The notes under the pieces were generated by a model that saw only the letters and a list, made by a program, of their open reading frames with translations, ran no database searches and was not told the DNA's origin. Source: a virus. From it: DNA of 64,000 nucleotides. Position numbers and translations under genes: made by a program. How positions within the stretch are numbered: position 1 is the stretch's first letter; the number at the start of each line of letters is the position of its first letter. This document shows, piece after piece, positions 15,809 to 25,800 of the stretch. Location of the stretch: the IMG/VR virus record IMGVR_UViG_3300037466_003379, positions 32,001-96,000 of that record; one strand, written 5' to 3'.

Positions 15809-18688
15809 TCAATAGACAGGGGTCGTCGACGTCCCGAGGACCCCAAGCGTGGAGTCCCCGAGGACCCACGCGGACGGCACGAACACCGGGGAGAGCTGCA
15901 GGTCGACGGTCCAGTCGCCCGTCTCCCCGTCGACGCGATGGTCGATCTTCTCGATGTAATACTCGCGCGACGTCGTCAGCGACATCGAGCGCCTGTTGAC
16001 CCGGACCCGCTGGGAGATCTCCAGCGACAGCACGACCGGCCACAGCGCCGGGTTCGCCGACGGCTTCAAGGTCAACTTCGTGACCCGCGTCTTCGGCGAC
16101 CCGTACCGAGCGAGGTAGTGCACACCGGCCTGCTCGACGTCGAAGTCCGTCGTCACCTGCAGCGTCTGCGTCAAGATCCGCTGCCCGTACGTCGCCTCCG
16201 CCGCCGAGTTGACCATCGGGGCGATCGCACTGTTGTCCGGCCGCGACAGGTTGGCCTGGGAGAACACGTACGTCGGGTCGTGGTCCGTCGTGAGGTCCTG
16301 GTACGGGTACTCCGTCGGCGACGCCCCGGCCGGGTTCTCCCCGAACGTCCACAGCGCCGTCTGGTTCGCGTACCTCGAGCGCCGCGACTCGACCCGAGCG
16401 TTGCCCTCCTTCGTCATGTAGACGAGGCCGCGCTCCGTCTCCGCCACCTCCTGGAGGACGTCCAGCAACGTCCGCCCGTCATAGGAGAAGTCAGCGGCCA
16501 GCTTCACCGTCCCGGCGTCGACCCATATCGAGCCGCCCCACCACTGGTTCAGCAGGCGGATCGCCCGCGCCCCGGAGTCCTCGACGCCGGAGTAGCCGAT
16601 CCCGCGCCAGTACAGGGCCGCCTGCTCGGTGAGCGTGAGCAGCCGGTTGAAGACGGCGAACCGGCCCGTCGACATCTGCGACTGCGGGTAGCCGAAGCCG
16701 GTCGACGCCGAGAAGAACCCGGCGACGTTGAAGCCGATCTGCGCAGGCTGCGAGCCCACGGCGATGGATGAGCCGCGGAGGTTGTCCGTCCCCCGCATCC
16801 ATCCACCCGTCGCGTCGAACCCGAGCAGGTGCATGTGCCACTGGTTGTCCTGCCACAGCCGCCCGCCGCCCGCGATGGCGGTGGTGATCGACGCGCCGCC
16901 CTCGACCGGCCGGTAGCGGTAGTAGACCTCCTCCGTGGTTCCGTCACCGGCCCGGATCGCCAGCTGGACGTGCGTGGAGTCCGTCGGGAAGTTCGACGCC
17001 CCCGGGGCCACGTACAGCCCCGGCGCCTGCCACGCCCCGATCGCCGGCCGGATCCAGATCACGAAGCACGACCCGGTCGTCGACATGGAGATGCGGCCGC
17101 CGATCGGCTCCATGTAGGTGTCGTTCAGCGAGCCGCTCCGCGACGGTGGGTTCTCCGGGTTCTGCTGCGTGAACGTCACCGCCGGGTGCCCGTCGGGGTG
17201 GCTGTCGCCCGCCCAGTTGATCTGCGACGACTGCGGCACGTAGTAGACCGGTGTCGCACCCGTCCCGGTCCCGAGCTGGCCTTGCCCCGCTGGCGCGGAG
17301 GCGTTGTCGAGCGGCATCGACGCGATCGGGCCCAGCCCAGACAGGACGGACTCGTAGTCCTGCTTCACCGTCGCCCGCGACATGATCGCGAGCCCGTCGA
17401 CCAACGTCATGGGCTTCTGCGCGCGGACACCGCCCATGTCCCACGACGTGGGGAACCGTTCCGCGTAGCCCGTGATGATCGGGTAGAGCGACGGCCCGGT
17501 CGCCTGCCACGCCGTGAGCGTGGACCCGAACTCCAGCTGCTGCTCGTCGACGTAGAACGTCGGCGTGGTCGCCCCCGACCCGTAGACGTAGACGTCCTCG
17601 AGCGTGTCGACGGGATTCCAGGCGACATAGATCCTGGTCCAAGCGTTCACTGCCGTGGTGGCGGTGCCCTGGTGCCAGTTCCCGGCGGCGTCCATGATCC
17701 CGCAGGTCACGGTGCCGTTGGTCGGGTACACCCAGACGGAGAAGGTGTAGGTGACGTCGGGGGCGGTGCGGAACCCGTTCACCACGCCGAAGGACGCTCC
17801 GGCGGCGCCCTGGGTGACCAGCATCGACTTCGCGCCCGAGTGCTTCTGCACCGTCGACAGGGCGGCCGTGGTGCCCACGTCGACCGGCACCCACCCGGAC
17901 GTCGTCCCCTCAAACCCGGGGTCGTAGCCGGACCAGACGGTCGGGTTGATGATGTTCCCCGAGCCCGGCTGGTTCGGCCACATCGCCCAGATCCACGCGG
18001 CCCGGTACGGGGTGACCCTGGCGTTCGAGGTCGTCGTGGTGCCCGCCAGCGGGAAGGTGTCGCCGCCCGGGTACACGCCAGACCCGGGGGACGTGCCCCC
18101 GGTCGTCGTCGCCCCGTTGAAGGGCGAGTTCCCGTTGTCCGGGTTGAGCAGCTCCAGCGGGTCCGGCAGGTCGAGCTCAGCGGTACCGGCCTGCACCTGG
18201 TCCAGCTCGTACTGGCGGCCGCGGGACGTCGACCAGCGGCGCACGAACAGCCGCTTCGCCACCGCGTTGATCGAGTTCCGGGCGCCTGTCGGCCTGCCGG
18301 GCGGCCCGGAGGTGAAGTCGACCTCGAAGCCGACGAGCGGCCAGTTCGGGTTCGCCAGGGTCGCAGGCTGCCCCGCCCCGACGAGGACCTGACTCGTCAG
18401 GTCGACGCCGCCGACGCTCTCGGACAGGGACCGCGGATAGGTGACCAGCCGAGAGGTGCCGTCCGCTCCGCCGACCGCCTCGGTGGTGGACCGCGGCCAG
18501 TACCAGGAGGTGCTGTCCGCCCCGCCAGCCGTCTCGCTGATGGACCGCCCGTAGGCGACGGCCCGGGTGGTGCTGTCAGATCCGGCGACGGTCTCGGCAG
18601 TGGAGCGGGGCCCGCCTGGCGTGGTGCCTGCGTCGAGCGCGTGCCGGATGACCGGGCGGAGCGGGAAGGAACGCCCGAAGCGTGCCAC
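15809..18688 (-). CDS. Large minor tail (hub) protein with carbohydrate-binding-like and LamG-like inserts
   Basis: SRGRQYELDQVQAGTA, NPDNGNSP, GFEGTTSGW...HSGAKSMLV, DNQWHM, C-terminal WVLGDSTLGVLG. Confidence 0.8.
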   Translation of the reverse strand: MARFGRSFPLRPVIRHALDAGTTPGGPRSTAETVAGSDSTTRAVAYGRSISETAGGADSTSWYWPRSTTEAVGGADGTSRLVTYPRSLSESVGGVDLTSQVLVGAGQPATLANPNWPLVGFEVDFTSGPPGRPTGARNSINAVAKRLFVRRWSTSRGRQYELDQVQAGTAELDLPDPLELLNPDNGNSPFNGATTTGGTSPGSGVYPGGDTFPLAGTTTTSNARVTPYRAAWIWAMWPNQPGSGNIINPTVWSGYDPGFEGTTSGWVPVDVGTTAALSTVQKHSGAKSMLVTQGAAGASFGVVNGFRTAPDVTYTFSVWVYPTNGTVTCGIMDAAGNWHQGTATTAVNAWTRIYVAWNPVDTLEDVYVYGSGATTPTFYVDEQQLEFGSTLTAWQATGPSLYPIITGYAERFPTSWDMGGVRAQKPMTLVDGLAIMSRATVKQDYESVLSGLGPIASMPLDNASAPAGQGQLGTGTGATPVYYVPQSSQINWAGDSHPDGHPAVTFTQQNPENPPSRSGSLNDTYMEPIGGRISMSTTGSCFVIWIRPAIGAWQAPGLYVAPGASNFPTDSTHVQLAIRAGDGTTEEVYYRYRPVEGGASITTAIAGGGRLWQDNQWHMHLLGFDATGGWMRGTDNLRGSSIAVGSQPAQIGFNVAGFFSASTGFGYPQSQMSTGRFAVFNRLLTLTEQAALYWRGIGYSGVEDSGARAIRLLNQWWGGSIWVDAGTVKLAADFSYDGRTLLDVLQEVAETERGLVYMTKEGNARVESRRSRYANQTALWTFGENPAGASPTEYPYQDLTTDHDPTYVFSQANLSRPDNSAIAPMVNSAAEATYGQRILTQTLQVTTDFDVEQAGVHYLARYGSPKTRVTKLTLKPSANPALWPVVLSLEISQRVRVNRRSMSLTTSREYYIEKIDHRVDGETGDWTVDLQLSPVFVPSAWVLGDSTLGVLGTSTTPVY

Positions 18689-18712
18689 GGCTCAAGCCCC
18701 CGATCTGTTCGG

Positions 18713-19324
18713 CTACTGGGACACGGTGGTGGTCACGACCATGACGTCACCGGAGGCCGCGAAGTTCGCGGTCGCGATCGTGGCCTCGAACGCCATCCGC
18801 CCCGACACCATTGACGCGAAGGTCCCGACCTTGGCCACGGCCACCGGCAGCGCGTCCGCACCGTTCGCTGTGAACGTGCCGGTGAGCGTGTAGGAGGAGG
18901 ACCCCGTGGTGTGCGCGAAGGCAGCCAGGCGCCGCACCAGGCCGCCGCCGCTGGTGGTGATCTCCCCGGCGAGCGTCGTGTCGGTGGCGACGGGACTCGA
19001 GGTGTTCGCGGACAGCGCCATGCAGGCCGCGGGTGCACCGCCGGGGGTGATGACGTAGCCGCCGACCCCTGGGGTCGACGCGGTCCCGCCACCCATCGAG
19101 GACGCGATGTACCAGCGGTCGATGGTGAGCGCGGTGCTCGTGTTCGAGACGACGATGCCGTAGGTCGTGCCCGTCGCCACGATGTGCCCGACCCACTGGT
19201 TCGTCGTCCAGGTCTTCCCCGTGTCGGTGAGGGTGGTGCCGGTGACCGCCGTGGACGTCCCGGAATCACCGCTGGGGTCGCCCAGGCTGAGGGCCTGCCA
19301 GTCCTGCCCGGCGTTCGTCTTCAC
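18713..19324 (-). CDS. Tail-associated structural protein
   Basis: Thr/Gly-rich, ATDTTLAGEI motif, operon position. Confidence 0.7.
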   Translation of the reverse strand: MKTNAGQDWQALSLGDPSGDSGTSTAVTGTTLTDTGKTWTTNQWVGHIVATGTTYGIVVSNTSTALTIDRWYIASSMGGGTASTPGVGGYVITPGGAPAACMALSANTSSPVATDTTLAGEITTSGGGLVRRLAAFAHTTGSSSYTLTGTFTANGADALPVAVAKVGTFASMVSGRMAFEATIATANFAASGDVMVVTTTVSQ

Positions 19325-19599
19325 GCGGTCTCCCAGTCGTCAGGGCGGCCGATCGGGCAGCCGTAGTGGTCGGCGAGCGCCCGGGCGAGCTCAGGGGAGT
19401 CGGACTCCACCCACGCCGGCGCAGCCGCGGTGGAGTGGACGCGCCACAGCCCGAGGAGCGGGCCGCCGCTGTCGTGGGCGACGGTCTGGACCTGCTCGGT
19501 CAGCGTGTAGCTGTCGGGGATGTGCGCGACCGTGACCTGCTTGCCGAGCGGCTGACCGCGGTCGACGGCGGCCGGGTTGCCGAGGTGAACGGTGGGCAT
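19321..19599 (-). CDS. Hypothetical tail-region protein
   Basis: GGAAAGGA RBS; coupled to the next gene. Confidence 0.65.
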   Translation of the reverse strand: MPTVHLGNPAAVDRGQPLGKQVTVAHIPDSYTLTEQVQTVAHDSGGPLLGLWRVHSTAAAPAWVESDSPELARALADHYGCPIGRPDDWETA

Positions 19600-19651
19600 G
19601 CGTCGGGTCCTTTCCCGGGCGGAGAGGGGCTGGAGCAGGGGACCGCCGGGG

Positions 19652-21163
19652 TCACTGCACCGTGAGGGTCAGGTCGTCCGAGCCGGCGCCCGTGGCGGTG
19701 TACCGGAGGACGAAGGTGCCGATCTGGGAGTCCGAGGGCGGGCTGGGCCGGGTCGACATCGTGTAGCTGTCGCCGTAGACCGACCAGGAGAACGGGGTCA
19801 GCAGGCTGAACTTCCCGGCGCTGATCAGGCTCCTGTAGATGGTCGAGCGCCCGTCGCTCTGGTAGTCGCCCCAGGACTGCAGGACGGCGTCGCGGAGATC
19901 GCAGATCTTCGTGAGGTAGGCGCTCTCGGTGCCACCGGCGGATGGCGGCTTCGACGTGCTGGCGCGGGCGGCTGCGATGATGCCGCCGTAGCTCTCGGAG
20001 TCGGTACCGGGGCCGTGATTAACCAAAACGTCGTAATGCAATGCGAGGCCGAGTGGGCTAACCCCGTCCTGCAGCGCGTTCTTGAGCGCGTCGTCCCAGT
20101 AGATGCTCTTCCGCAGCTCTCGCTGCGCCTGCCGGAACAGCGGGTCGGTATTCGCCGCGCTCGCCCAGGCCGTCTGAAAGGCCGTGCCGAGGTTGGACGC
20201 AGCAGCGCTGGAGGCGCCCGAGCCGTAGCCGACGTTCGCGCAGTTCTGCAGGCCCGTGAGGTACGACGACAGCGGGTTGCTCGTCGGCTTGAGCTGCACA
20301 TACCGCTGCACCAGCTGCAGCATGTCCCCGGTCGCACTGGTGAAGCCGATCAGCCCGCCGGTATAGCCGCGCTGGTCCCCGATGTCCTGAATGTAGTTGT
20401 AGGTCGTCGTCCAGTCCTTCGTGGAGTTCTCCGCGGTCTGGACGATCTCGAAACACATCTCCTGAATAACCGGCTGTCGCAGGTCCGTGGTCCCGGACGG
20501 GGACGACCCGATCGGCCACGACAGCGCCGCCGCCGTCCCGATCGTCGTGCCCTCCCCGAGCGGCCCGGACACGATCGTCCAGGCGCGGCTGGTGATCGTG
20601 ACGCCGGTCGGCTCCGTCGCGGTCCGCGTGAACGTCGACCCGGGAGCGGCAGTCGCGTCCGCGCCAGCGAACAGCGCCCCGGAGGAGGTGGAGCCGCCAC
20701 CCGCCGCGTTGCTGGTGATCGTGACGTCGGTCAGCACCCACGCCCCGGCGAGCGCGCTGTACTCGGCGGAGGCGAGGAGCACCTGGTTCTGCGGCACCGA
20801 GTAGGTCAGGGTCGTGACGCGCGTCGACAGCAGGAAGCCCGACGCGAACGTGCACGTCCGGGCGGCCCCGGACGCCAGCGCGAGCACCTCGTAAAGCTCG
20901 CCATCGGTGACCGCACCCACCGGGACGGGGATCGTCGTGTCGGCGGTCATCGTGAAGTCGGAGATCATGGCATCGTTCGTGCCGGTGTTCCCGGCCCCAC
21001 CGGTGCCGCCGCCCAGACCCTCAAGGGAACTGACCCGGCCCTCGACGGCGTCCAGCCGGAGCGACGCCTCCTTGATCCCGGCCTCCTGGTGGTTCAGGCG
21101 GCCGGCGCTGAGCGGGGTCCCTCCGTTGGGCCCGTCGACCCACGTCTGCTGGTCGTAGGACAT
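19652..21163 (-). CDS. Tail fibre-like protein carrying a GH46 chitosanase domain inserted in a PKD-like module
   Basis: EIVQTAENSTKDW..TYNYIQDIGDQRGYTGGLIGFTSATGDMLQLVQRY matches the GH46 signature; fibre-type N-terminus QQTWVDGPNGGTPLSAGRLN; no signal peptide. Confidence 0.88.
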   Translation of the reverse strand: MSYDQQTWVDGPNGGTPLSAGRLNHQEAGIKEASLRLDAVEGRVSSLEGLGGGTGGAGNTGTNDAMISDFTMTADTTIPVPVGAVTDGELYEVLALASGAARTCTFASGFLLSTRVTTLTYSVPQNQVLLASAEYSALAGAWVLTDVTITSNAAGGGSTSSGALFAGADATAAPGSTFTRTATEPTGVTITSRAWTIVSGPLGEGTTIGTAAALSWPIGSSPSGTTDLRQPVIQEMCFEIVQTAENSTKDWTTTYNYIQDIGDQRGYTGGLIGFTSATGDMLQLVQRYVQLKPTSNPLSSYLTGLQNCANVGYGSGASSAAASNLGTAFQTAWASAANTDPLFRQAQRELRKSIYWDDALKNALQDGVSPLGLALHYDVLVNHGPGTDSESYGGIIAAARASTSKPPSAGGTESAYLTKICDLRDAVLQSWGDYQSDGRSTIYRSLISAGKFSLLTPFSWSVYGDSYTMSTRPSPPSDSQIGTFVLRYTATGAGSDDLTLTVQ

Positions 21164-21206
21164 GCTGCCTCGCTTACTTTCTTGCAGGTGCAGGAGGGGG
21201 CGCGCG

Positions 21207-21668
21207 TCACTCCTCGAAGGCGAGCCACGCCTTCGCGTTCGGGGTGACTGAGGCCGGAGTGGTCACGCGCAGCCCGATGCGCTGCGTCGAGGTGCCGGAC
21301 ATCTGTGGCTCGCGGCCCAGCGGGAACTGCAGGACGACCAAGCCGCCGTAGGGCTGGACGTAGAAGGACCGGAGGATCTCGACGGCGGTCGGCTCGGTCG
21401 TCAGCGCGACGAGCGACGAGGTGTTCGACGCGGCCGAGTCGGCGGACCCGTTCTCCTTCACGACCGTGGCCGCGGTGCCAGCCGGGCTGCCGATCGTCGT
21501 CGACCGGTAGAGGTCGACGGTCACGGCCGCCGAGCTCGCGGACGAGTCGAAGCTGATCCCCAGCTCGGTGATGACGTACGACGTCGTCGGGTTGATGAGG
21601 ATGAGCGACTTCGTCGCCGACGCGGAGAGCGCGACGGCGCCGGAGTTGATCGTGTAGGTGCGCGCCAC
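21207..21668 (-). CDS. Tail-associated structural protein
   Basis: AAGGAGG RBS, GTG start, beta-rich. Confidence 0.7.
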   Translation of the reverse strand: MARTYTINSGAVALSASATKSLILINPTTSYVITELGISFDSSASSAAVTVDLYRSTTIGSPAGTAATVVKENGSADSAASNTSSLVALTTEPTAVEILRSFYVQPYGGLVVLQFPLGREPQMSGTSTQRIGLRVTTPASVTPNAKAWLAFEE

Positions 21669-21684
21669 GGCGCCCTCCTTCGGT

Positions 21685-22416
21685 TCAGCGGGAGGCCGCG
21701 CGAGCCGCGGCCTGGGGGACGATGAGCCGCCGAGGCGGGGGAGCTGCGGGCGCAGCGGCGGCCTTGAAAGTCGCGATCGAGCATGCCCACGTCGTGCTGG
21801 ACGGGCTGGCGGTGAACGTGCCGGTCTGCGCCCCGGTGGCCGAGACGATCTGGTCTTCGAATGCGGTGTCATAGATGCCGCCCGACCCCGTGAGGACCAG
21901 CTGCTGCTGGACGAGGTTCCCGAACCCCGAGCCGACGCTGTAGGTGTTCGAGCCGTCGTCGGTGATGCCCAGACAGACGACCAGCTCGTCGGCCTGCGTC
22001 GTCGCGGAGCTGGCACCCGATGACAGCGCGAGTCCTGTGCCCTTCGCTGTCTTCGCCTGGTCGAGCGGGGAGGCGGTGAGCAGCCCGCTGTACTCCCGGA
22101 TCCACGCGTTGAACAGGTGCGAGCCGGAGAAGCTGAACGTGAGAGTGATCGTGCCGCCGGTGGTGATCGGCGCGTACCAGAGGTCGAGGCATGCGGCGCC
22201 ACTGGACGAGAAGTTGCTCGCCGCGGTGACGCGGCTCCAGCTGTTGCCGGCGTTGTCCGTGGTGGTGATCGCGTTCGTCACGCCGAGGCCGGAGACGCTT
22301 GCGCCGACGATGAGCGTGTTTCCGGCGGCGCAGGTGACCGACTGGGTCTGCGCAGCGCCGGACGCTGTCGCGTTGTTGACCAGCTTCTGCGTGGTGTTGA
22401 CCAGGGCGACCGCCAC
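21685..22416 (-). CDS. Tail-associated structural protein
   Basis: Ser/Thr/Gly-rich beta protein (AGNTLIV...DNAGNSW..EYSG...TTQADELVV). Confidence 0.7.
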   Translation of the reverse strand: MAVALVNTTQKLVNNATASGAAQTQSVTCAAGNTLIVGASVSGLGVTNAITTTDNAGNSWSRVTAASNFSSSGAACLDLWYAPITTGGTITLTFSFSGSHLFNAWIREYSGLLTASPLDQAKTAKGTGLALSSGASSATTQADELVVCLGITDDGSNTYSVGSGFGNLVQQQLVLTGSGGIYDTAFEDQIVSATGAQTGTFTASPSSTTWACSIATFKAAAAPAAPPPRRLIVPQAAARAASR

Positions 22417-22475
22417 GGCCCACACCTCCCTTCGTGCTCGAGGTGGGGGCCGTGGCGGTCAGCCACAGGCTGAGG

Positions 22476-22859
22476 TCAGTCGGAGACGATCAGCTGGTTG
22501 ACCTCGACGTCCTGGCCGGTCCAGAAGACGCAGTAGCGGACCGGGATGGCGGCGGAGGCGTACGAGGTGTAGGTCAGTCGCACGCTGGGATTCCCCGAGT
22601 CCTGGCCGTGCCCGAAGCCCGTCAGCGCGAAGCTGGCGTTGTCGGCGGGGTTCACCGGGCGCGCCCAGCTGAGGTAGAGGTCCGGGGTCTCGTCGTACGG
22701 GTAGGCGTCCTGGTCGGCCAGGGGGATGAGGATCTCCCGGGTGGCACCGGTGGGAGCCGGGTCGAGGTTGAGGACGCCGTGCAGGATCCGGCGGATGCCG
22801 AAGGTGCCGCTTGTCTCGTTGTCGATCGAGGCGTTGAAGCTGAGCGGGTAGGACGGCAT
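22476..22859 (-). CDS. Hypothetical tail protein following the tape measure
   Basis: GGAG RBS; operon position. Confidence 0.65.
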   Translation of the reverse strand: MPSYPLSFNASIDNETSGTFGIRRILHGVLNLDPAPTGATREILIPLADQDAYPYDETPDLYLSWARPVNPADNASFALTGFGHGQDSGNPSVRLTYTSYASAAIPVRYCVFWTGQDVEVNQLIVSD

Positions 22860-22878
22860 GGGTCGCTCCGATCTCCGG

Positions 22879-25800
22879 TCAGCCGAGGCCGAATCCGGTG
22901 TAGTTGGTGCCGTTCTGCGTGTTCCGGATGCCGTGCCGCACCAGCTCCTGCTGCAGCTCGGTGACCAGGTCCTTTGTGGTCCACACGTTCCCCTGGACAG
23001 TGGGGTTGAGGTGGACGACGGTCACGTTCGTTGCGCCCTGGGAGAGGCCAGGCAGGACCGCCGGGGAGGCGGCCTGGAGGGCGCCGGGTCGGACCGTGAC
23101 CGGCATGGCCGCCCCGTCGGTACCGAGCGCGGCGGCCGTCTGGCCGAGGGCCTGGAGGTTCCGGTTCGTGCTCTGCGTCGCCGACACGACCCGATCGGCT
23201 ACCGACTGGGCGGCGGTGACCGCCAGGTCGGCATGGTCGTCGATGCCGTTCGCGAGGCCCTTCATCAGCCACATGCCGGACTCGTGGGCAATGGTGGACG
23301 GGGAGGCGATGCCGAGCGCGGACTTCACGCCACCCCAGAGCGATGACGCCCAGCCGGTGAGCTTGTCCCACACCCACGACGTCATCGAGGTGATGCCGTT
23401 CCACAGGCCGACGAGCAGGTCGTGACCGGCGGAGACGAGCCAGTTCGCGGCCCCGGAGAACAGGTTGATCACGGTCTGCGGCAGCCCGGATGCCCAGCCC
23501 CAGAACGAGTTCCACATATTCTTGAGCCCATTCCAGAGGCCCTCGATTATGTAGCCACCGATTTCCGAGAAGACGGTCGAGGGCGACTGGATGCCGAAGC
23601 CGCTCTTGAATCCGTCGATGAATCCCTTAATGAAATCGGTGATCCCGTTCCAGATATTCGACACCCAATCCGTGAAGCCTTTCCACAGACCGGTGAGAAT
23701 ATTCTTTCCGTGCTCGTAGAGCCACTGCGGCGCCTCGGTGAAAAACGCCTTGATCTTGCCTGGCAGGTCCTTGAACCACTGGACCGTGACCTCCCACTCC
23801 AGCTTGAGGCCGGTAGTGAAGTTGTCCCAGAGTTCCTTCGCCTTGTCGACCAGCCAATTCTTCGCGTCAACGAAGAAATCCTTGATCTTGCCGGGCAGCG
23901 CCTTGAACCAGGCGACCGTTTCATTCCAGGCGTTTGTGACCCCGGTCGTGAAGCCGTGCCACAGCTCCTTCGCCTTATCGGCGATCCAGTTCCCCGCGCC
24001 GACGAAGAAATCCTTGATCCGGCCCGGCAGCGCCTTGAACCAGGCGACCGTTTCATTCCAGGCGTTTGTGACCCCGGTCGTGAAGCCGTGCCACATTTCC
24101 TTGGCCTTGTCGACCAGGGTGCGGGCCAGCTCGCCGAGCTTCTCGCCGATGATGTGGCCCCACTCGCCGGGGCTCTTCGACATGATCGTCTTGACCAGCT
24201 CCGCGCCCTTGCGGAACGGCGTCGTTAGCCAGTCCCACACGTTCGCGAGGGCCCGCTGGATCATCCCGCCGAGGCTCGACAGGCCCTGCCCGATCTTCTC
24301 CGGGATCGACTTGACAAACCCGACCAGGTCACTGATCCGGTCCCCGCACCAGTTGACCGCGGTCGTGAAGGCGCTCTTGACCTTGTCCCAGAGCCCGGAG
24401 AAGAAGTCGGCGACGCCCTGCCAGTGCTGGATCAGCTCGTAGATCCCGAAGGCCAGCAGCGCGACCGCGGCGATGATCGCCAGGATCGGCCAGGTCGCCG
24501 CGATCACCCCGATGGCAGCCTGCGCGGCCGCGATGCCGAGGGCGACGAACGCGGCCACCAGGACCACGCCGATGATCCCGGCGACGATGATCGCGACCGT
24601 CTGGTGCTCGGTCATCCACTTCGTCGCGTCGGCGAAGACGCCGACGATCTTCGACGCGACCGGGAGGAGCTTCTCGCCGATCGAGATCGCCAGCGCCCCG
24701 AGGCCGTCCTTTGCCTGCGAGAGCTTCGTGTTGAACTCCGACTGGATCTCGGCCCAGCCCTTGACGTGGCCGCCGGCCTCGGACGTCGCGCCGGAGATGT
24801 TCTTGATCGCGTCGTTGGTGTAGTCGGCGTTCTCGCCGGTCGTCATCAGCGCGACCTTGAGCCCGGTGGCGTCGCCCATGGCCTTCTGCATGGCCTGGCC
24901 GTAGGTCTGCATGACCTGCTCGCCGGACATGTGGGCCTGGCCGAGCTGGTGGGTCTGCCCGGCCAGCGTCGCGAACGACGTCGCCTGCTTCGCGGAGATC
25001 GGGTCGAGTTCCTTGGCCTGCTTCGTGAACGCGGCCATCGAGATCGACCCGTCCATCACCTTCTGCGCGAGGCCCTGGACGGCGGGTGTGCTCTGCGAGA
25101 CGGCGTTCTTGAGGTCGAGGAAGACCTTCTCCGAGCCGGGCGGCATCGACTTCGAGATCGCCTGCTGCAGCATCTGCATCGTGCCGGCGAGACCGCGCTC
25201 GCCGAGCTTCGCCGCCACGTCGGAGGCGTCGATGCCGAGCGTGGCCATCTCCTGCCGCATCCCGGCCGTGGGCGACTGGAGGTGGCGGATGGCGTCCGCC
25301 ATGTTCTGCGTGGCCTGCTGGGCGGAGATGCCGTGGCTGGTCATCGACGCCAACGTGCCGAGCATGTCGTCGAGGGAGATGTGCGCGGCGGAGGCGAGCG
25401 GGGCGACCGAGCTGAGCGACCCGGACAGCTCCTCGAACGTCATCTTGCCGCTGGCGGTGGCCTGCACCATCTTCGACGTCACCGTCGCGGCGTCGTCCGC
25501 CTTGAGGTGGTAGTCGATCAGCGCAGTGGTGACCGCGTCGGCGACGGTGGTGAGGTCCGCGTTCTCCGTCTTCGCGCCCTCGGCCGCCGCCTTGAGCACC
25601 TTGAGGCCGTCCGCGCCGTGCTGGCCGCCGGACTCCACCTTGTACATGGCGGTGGCCAGTTCGTCGGCGCTGTAGCCGACCTGGCCCGCCATCTCGAGCA
25701 TCCCCTGGCGGACCATGTCCAGGTTCTGCCGCGACTCGTTCGCCGAGGTGACGAGCCGCATCGTGGCCTGGTCGTAGTCGCCGGCCATCTTCACGGCGAT

